The notes under the pieces are model-generated. The model saw nothing but the letters and a program-made list of their open reading frames with translations, was not told the DNA's origin and did not search any database. A stretch of 63,409 bases of DNA, the filler included, from Licmophora abbreviata (lineage: Eukaryota): assembly GCA_900291995.1 (NCBI GenBank). It is 11 parts of 11 records of this genome, joined end to end, with 100 filler letters (N's around TTAATTAATTAA, not from the genome) between each part and the next. Parts side by side here need not be neighbours in the genome. Positions count along the whole stretch, not along the records: positions 49,412 to 62,063 come from OLMU01000599.1; positions 62,164 to 63,409 come from OLMU01000611.1; 9 more parts are not named here. The stretch is one strand, 5' to 3'. The position numbers and the translations under genes were made by a program. This document shows positions 60,023 to 63,409 of this stretch, in pieces. Position 1 is the stretch's first letter. Each line of letters starts with the position of its first letter.

Positions 60023-61172
60023 ATGACGAGGATACTGTCCAAGCTCGTGTGGACCGCACTGGTCTGTCTATCGATGATATCTGCGAGTCATGCGTTCCCT
60101 TCGAAGGCAGTTCGACCATCGTCAATTCAGATACAACAACAAAATCACCGCCGTTCCATGATGGTGGACATCTCCGAAGACGACCAGGACATTCAGTTTA
60201 TCTTTGAGGACAATGAAAAAGTGGAACAAGTTGAACGACCCAATACTGATGACAACAACAAGCTTGAGGACGATGTGCCGTGGAAGAAGAATGCTCGTTG
60301 GAACGCATTGAGTCCGAAAGTCAAGTTGCGTGTTATGCGAGAGGCGCAGGATCGAGCCATTGCCAACAAGAAGAAGCGGGAACCGAGTCAAGACAAGAGG
60401 CGACGTGAGTGTACTGCAGGAGTGGACGAAATCAGTAGTGCTGTGCCCATGTACATTGTAGTGTGTTCTGACTCTTCTATTTCTTTCTATTTTACTTCAT
60501 CATTATTCTTTAGGCATGATGATGTTTGTCAAGAAGAAGCAGGTCCAAAAGAAGCGAGCGTCGCGTGTCAAACGTTCCATTCCCTTTGATCAGCGTGTTT
60601 TACTAAGCGAACTATCACCCAACACGGAAGTTTCGGGAACCGTCATTTCCCTCACCAACTTTGGTGCCTACGTCGATGTCGGTACGGAATGCGATGGTCT
60701 CTTGCACATTAGTCAAATGTCACGAGAAATCTTTGTCGAACATCCACGTCAAATCATGTCACCGGGCGATACGGTACAAGTACGAATCAAATCGGTGAAT
60801 CCGGAATTGAAGAAGTTGCACTTGACCATGTTGGATGGATCAGTAACAAGCGCAGTTGATGACGACGACGACGATGATGAAGAGAGAATTACGCTGGAAG
60901 AACTCGAGGTCGACGATGAGCTTTGGGGCGAGATCAAGCGTGTGACAGACTTTGGGGGCTATGTCGAGCTGGGTGCCAAAGTGGATGGGTTCTTGCACTT
61001 TATGGATCATCCGGAGTTTGGAGCAAATCCTGGCGCACCGCCGTCGGAGATGATGTCGGTAGGAGATCGGATCCGCGTGTGGGTTTCTGATCTCAATATG
61101 GACCAAATGAGAATCAAGCTTACAGCGAATCGACCGCAGCATTTGCCAGGACCACGAAGAGAAGTTTACTAG
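60023..61172 (+). CDS. Plastid-targeted protein with two S1 RNA-binding domains (intron 60405-60513)
   Basis: Signal ending SHA-FP; GTVISLTNFGAYVDVG..DGLLHISQM and GEIKRVTDFGGYVELG..DGFLH. Confidence 0.88.
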
Positions 61173-62163
61173 CTAATAGCATGGGGAGGTTACGAAGCAG
61201 CTGTGGTATGATCGCGAAATATGCAAATTCAACAAATAGTCTACCCAGTGTGCGATTCTACGTGCAAATGCACAGATTTTCACTTCAAGTAAGTTCAAAG
61301 TTGTTCTTCGTAATGTTGATTGAGACGATTGCAATGATGACTCACTTGATGAACCACTACAATTGGTGTTGTCGTTTTGATCTCTAGATTTGGCTCCGGT
61401 ATGATAGTAGGAGTCGCGACGATAGCAATCTTGCTTCGAGATCGCGCACCCAGATTTAAGCAGGATTGAATTCAGACGTGCATCGTCTCGCGCACTTTCT
61501 GTTCCGTTGGTCCCACAACAAATTTCAAAGCGAATGAAGTGATCGATCAGTCTTCGCAAGCATGTTCGACAAGCACATTTTTTCCAATGTTCAGCTCCTG
61601 GACATTCTCAACGCCCTGAAAACGGGCGACCCATCCGTTGATACTTTGGCTGCCCTCGTTGTGCCCGTGGTACTCGGTACGGCGGCTCGTGAATTGCCTC
61701 GTCACTTGCAGCTCCGCTGGAATCGTCAGAAGCGACTCCGGGGGTCGAAGTATGTTCGATCGATTGTCTATTGCTCAACACAGAACACTAGTGGAGAAAC
61801 TATGAATCTCGACGAGGAAACAGATGGCCATTGAGCAAGAGAGAGTCGACGACTTGATTTCCGAACTCGAACGTCATGCTGGAGCTGAGGAGGGGATCTA
61901 TTCGAAAGTAACCGAACCCGAGTCGAGTCCTGTGACGAAACGCAGTGTGAGCTGGAACCGCCTACAAAACGGAACAAACCTAATACACGGAGTTCCATCA
62001 CACTGAAATGACGCAACATCTCAAGACTCCTAGTTGATCAAAGCGTATGGAGCACAATGCAAANNNNNNNNNNNNNNNNNNNNNNNNNNNNNNNNNNNNN
62101 NNNNNNNTTAATTAATTAANNNNNNNNNNNNNNNNNNNNNNNNNNNNNNNNNNNNNNNNNNNN

Positions 62164-63409
62164 ATGACGCAACCGTTACGACTCACGCCAGTGCAAACCT
62201 CCCACCCACCAGAGAACTGACAGAGAGCGCCATCGTTGCCCATTTGGTGGAATCGGACCACCTTTCATACAATCCCGACGATGTACAACCATCTCTCAGA
62301 AGATCTGGTCCACCCTACCACGGCGCTGGAAGAGCACTGGTCCCACCCGTCATTTACGTTGGTAATGGAGCCAAGTCGCGGACACTAGACGATTTCACGA
62401 ACCGCACTGGGATCTTCTATGGTCGCAAGAGTCTCCTTTTTATCTTGGTCATCTTTTCGCTTCTCTTGATCATAATAGTAGCGCTCGTGATAGCGCTCAT
62501 TGTGGCGACAACGAGGGGTTCTGATGGTAAGTCAGAGACCGAGTTGCAAGGGTCAGCGTTTGGTGGCGGTGGGCGCCCGACGCCAGAGCTGCCTACAGCT
62601 CCCACTACAATGATGATGCCTACTTTAGGAGGTCCATCGGCTCCAGAATATCCATCCGCGATGGCCCCTTCGGTCCCGAGCATGGCACCATTCGATGATG
62701 TAACGCTTCTGCCCACAGAGCTCACTCAACCGTTCGAAGTGCAGGTGGCTCCTATTCAAGCCCCAGCTCAGGGACCTGAAGCAACGCAAGTGGCACCGGT
62801 ACCAGCAGCTGCTCCAACTCCTCTCCCAATACCTCGGGCTACCCCTACGCCAACGATTGCCCAGACGCCGCGTCCGACTGGTGAAGGTCCTTCGCCTACA
62901 GCGCCTGTGATCTTAGATGAATTAATCGACTACTTGTCGTCCATCTCGTTTGATGGAGGCCAGGCCCTGTCAGACCCAAGCACGCCGCAGTCTCGTGCGT
63001 TGGACTGGCTTGCAGCAGAGCCTAATGTGAAAAGCTACTCGAACCGAAAGCGCACACAGCGTTACATTCTGGCCACTCTGTACTTCAGTACGAACGGCGA
63101 CGGTTGGACAAACAAAGAAAAGTGGCTTTCTGAAAATAGCGAATGCAATTGGTACAAAACGCATAGTCGCAGGAATGGGGCGTGCAACCAAGTGGGCCTC
63201 TTGGACAATATCGATCTGCGAGGGAACAATCTGGACGGTGAAATACCCCCAGAGCTTGGCCTTCTTTCCGATTCCCTCATTTACTTGTATCTATCGGAAA
63301 ACGCGATAAGTGGACCGCTCCCGTCACAACTCAGTAAACTCACAACGCTTCAAAGGCTGCAGTTAAAAGACAACAGCCTGACAGGTACTCTTCCTACTTA
63401 TTTCGGGGT
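62164..63409 (+). CDS. Type II membrane LRR protein, partial (begins before or in the gap and runs off the window)
   Basis: Open frame missing from the ORF track: TM LLFILVIFSLLLIIIVALVIALIV, Pro/Thr stalk, DPSTPQSRALDWL, QRYILATLYFSTNGDGW, plant-type LRRs LRGNNLDGEIPPELGLL. Confidence 0.85.

Overview
Gene-dense eukaryotic nuclear scaffold, almost certainly a diatom (inferred from short GT-AG introns, bipartite plastid-targeting presequences, chlG, a SELMA-type derlin, DUR3 and a type II membrane LRR protein). About 30 protein-coding genes are supported. No rRNA, tRNA, CRISPR array or intact transposon was recognised. The scaffold is a draft. It has ten 100-bp gap linkers (N44-TTAATTAATTAA-N44), two of which join overlapping contig ends, and four to five single-base frameshifts in T-runs that look like homopolymer sequencing errors. 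Most notable: (1) a tandem-duplicated IGP dehydratase (HisB) whose two halves have lost complementary catalytic residues; (2) a secreted Lys/Gly/Ser/Pro repeat protein with a silaffin-like layout; (3) a PTEN-C2 formin with six CCDC53-like repeats where FH1 normally sits; (4) a soluble RI-like LRR fused to a Pelle/IRAK-like kinase; (5) a recurrent GGCGCG/E2F-like motif in promoters. All family assignments come from motif recognition by eye, not database searches.
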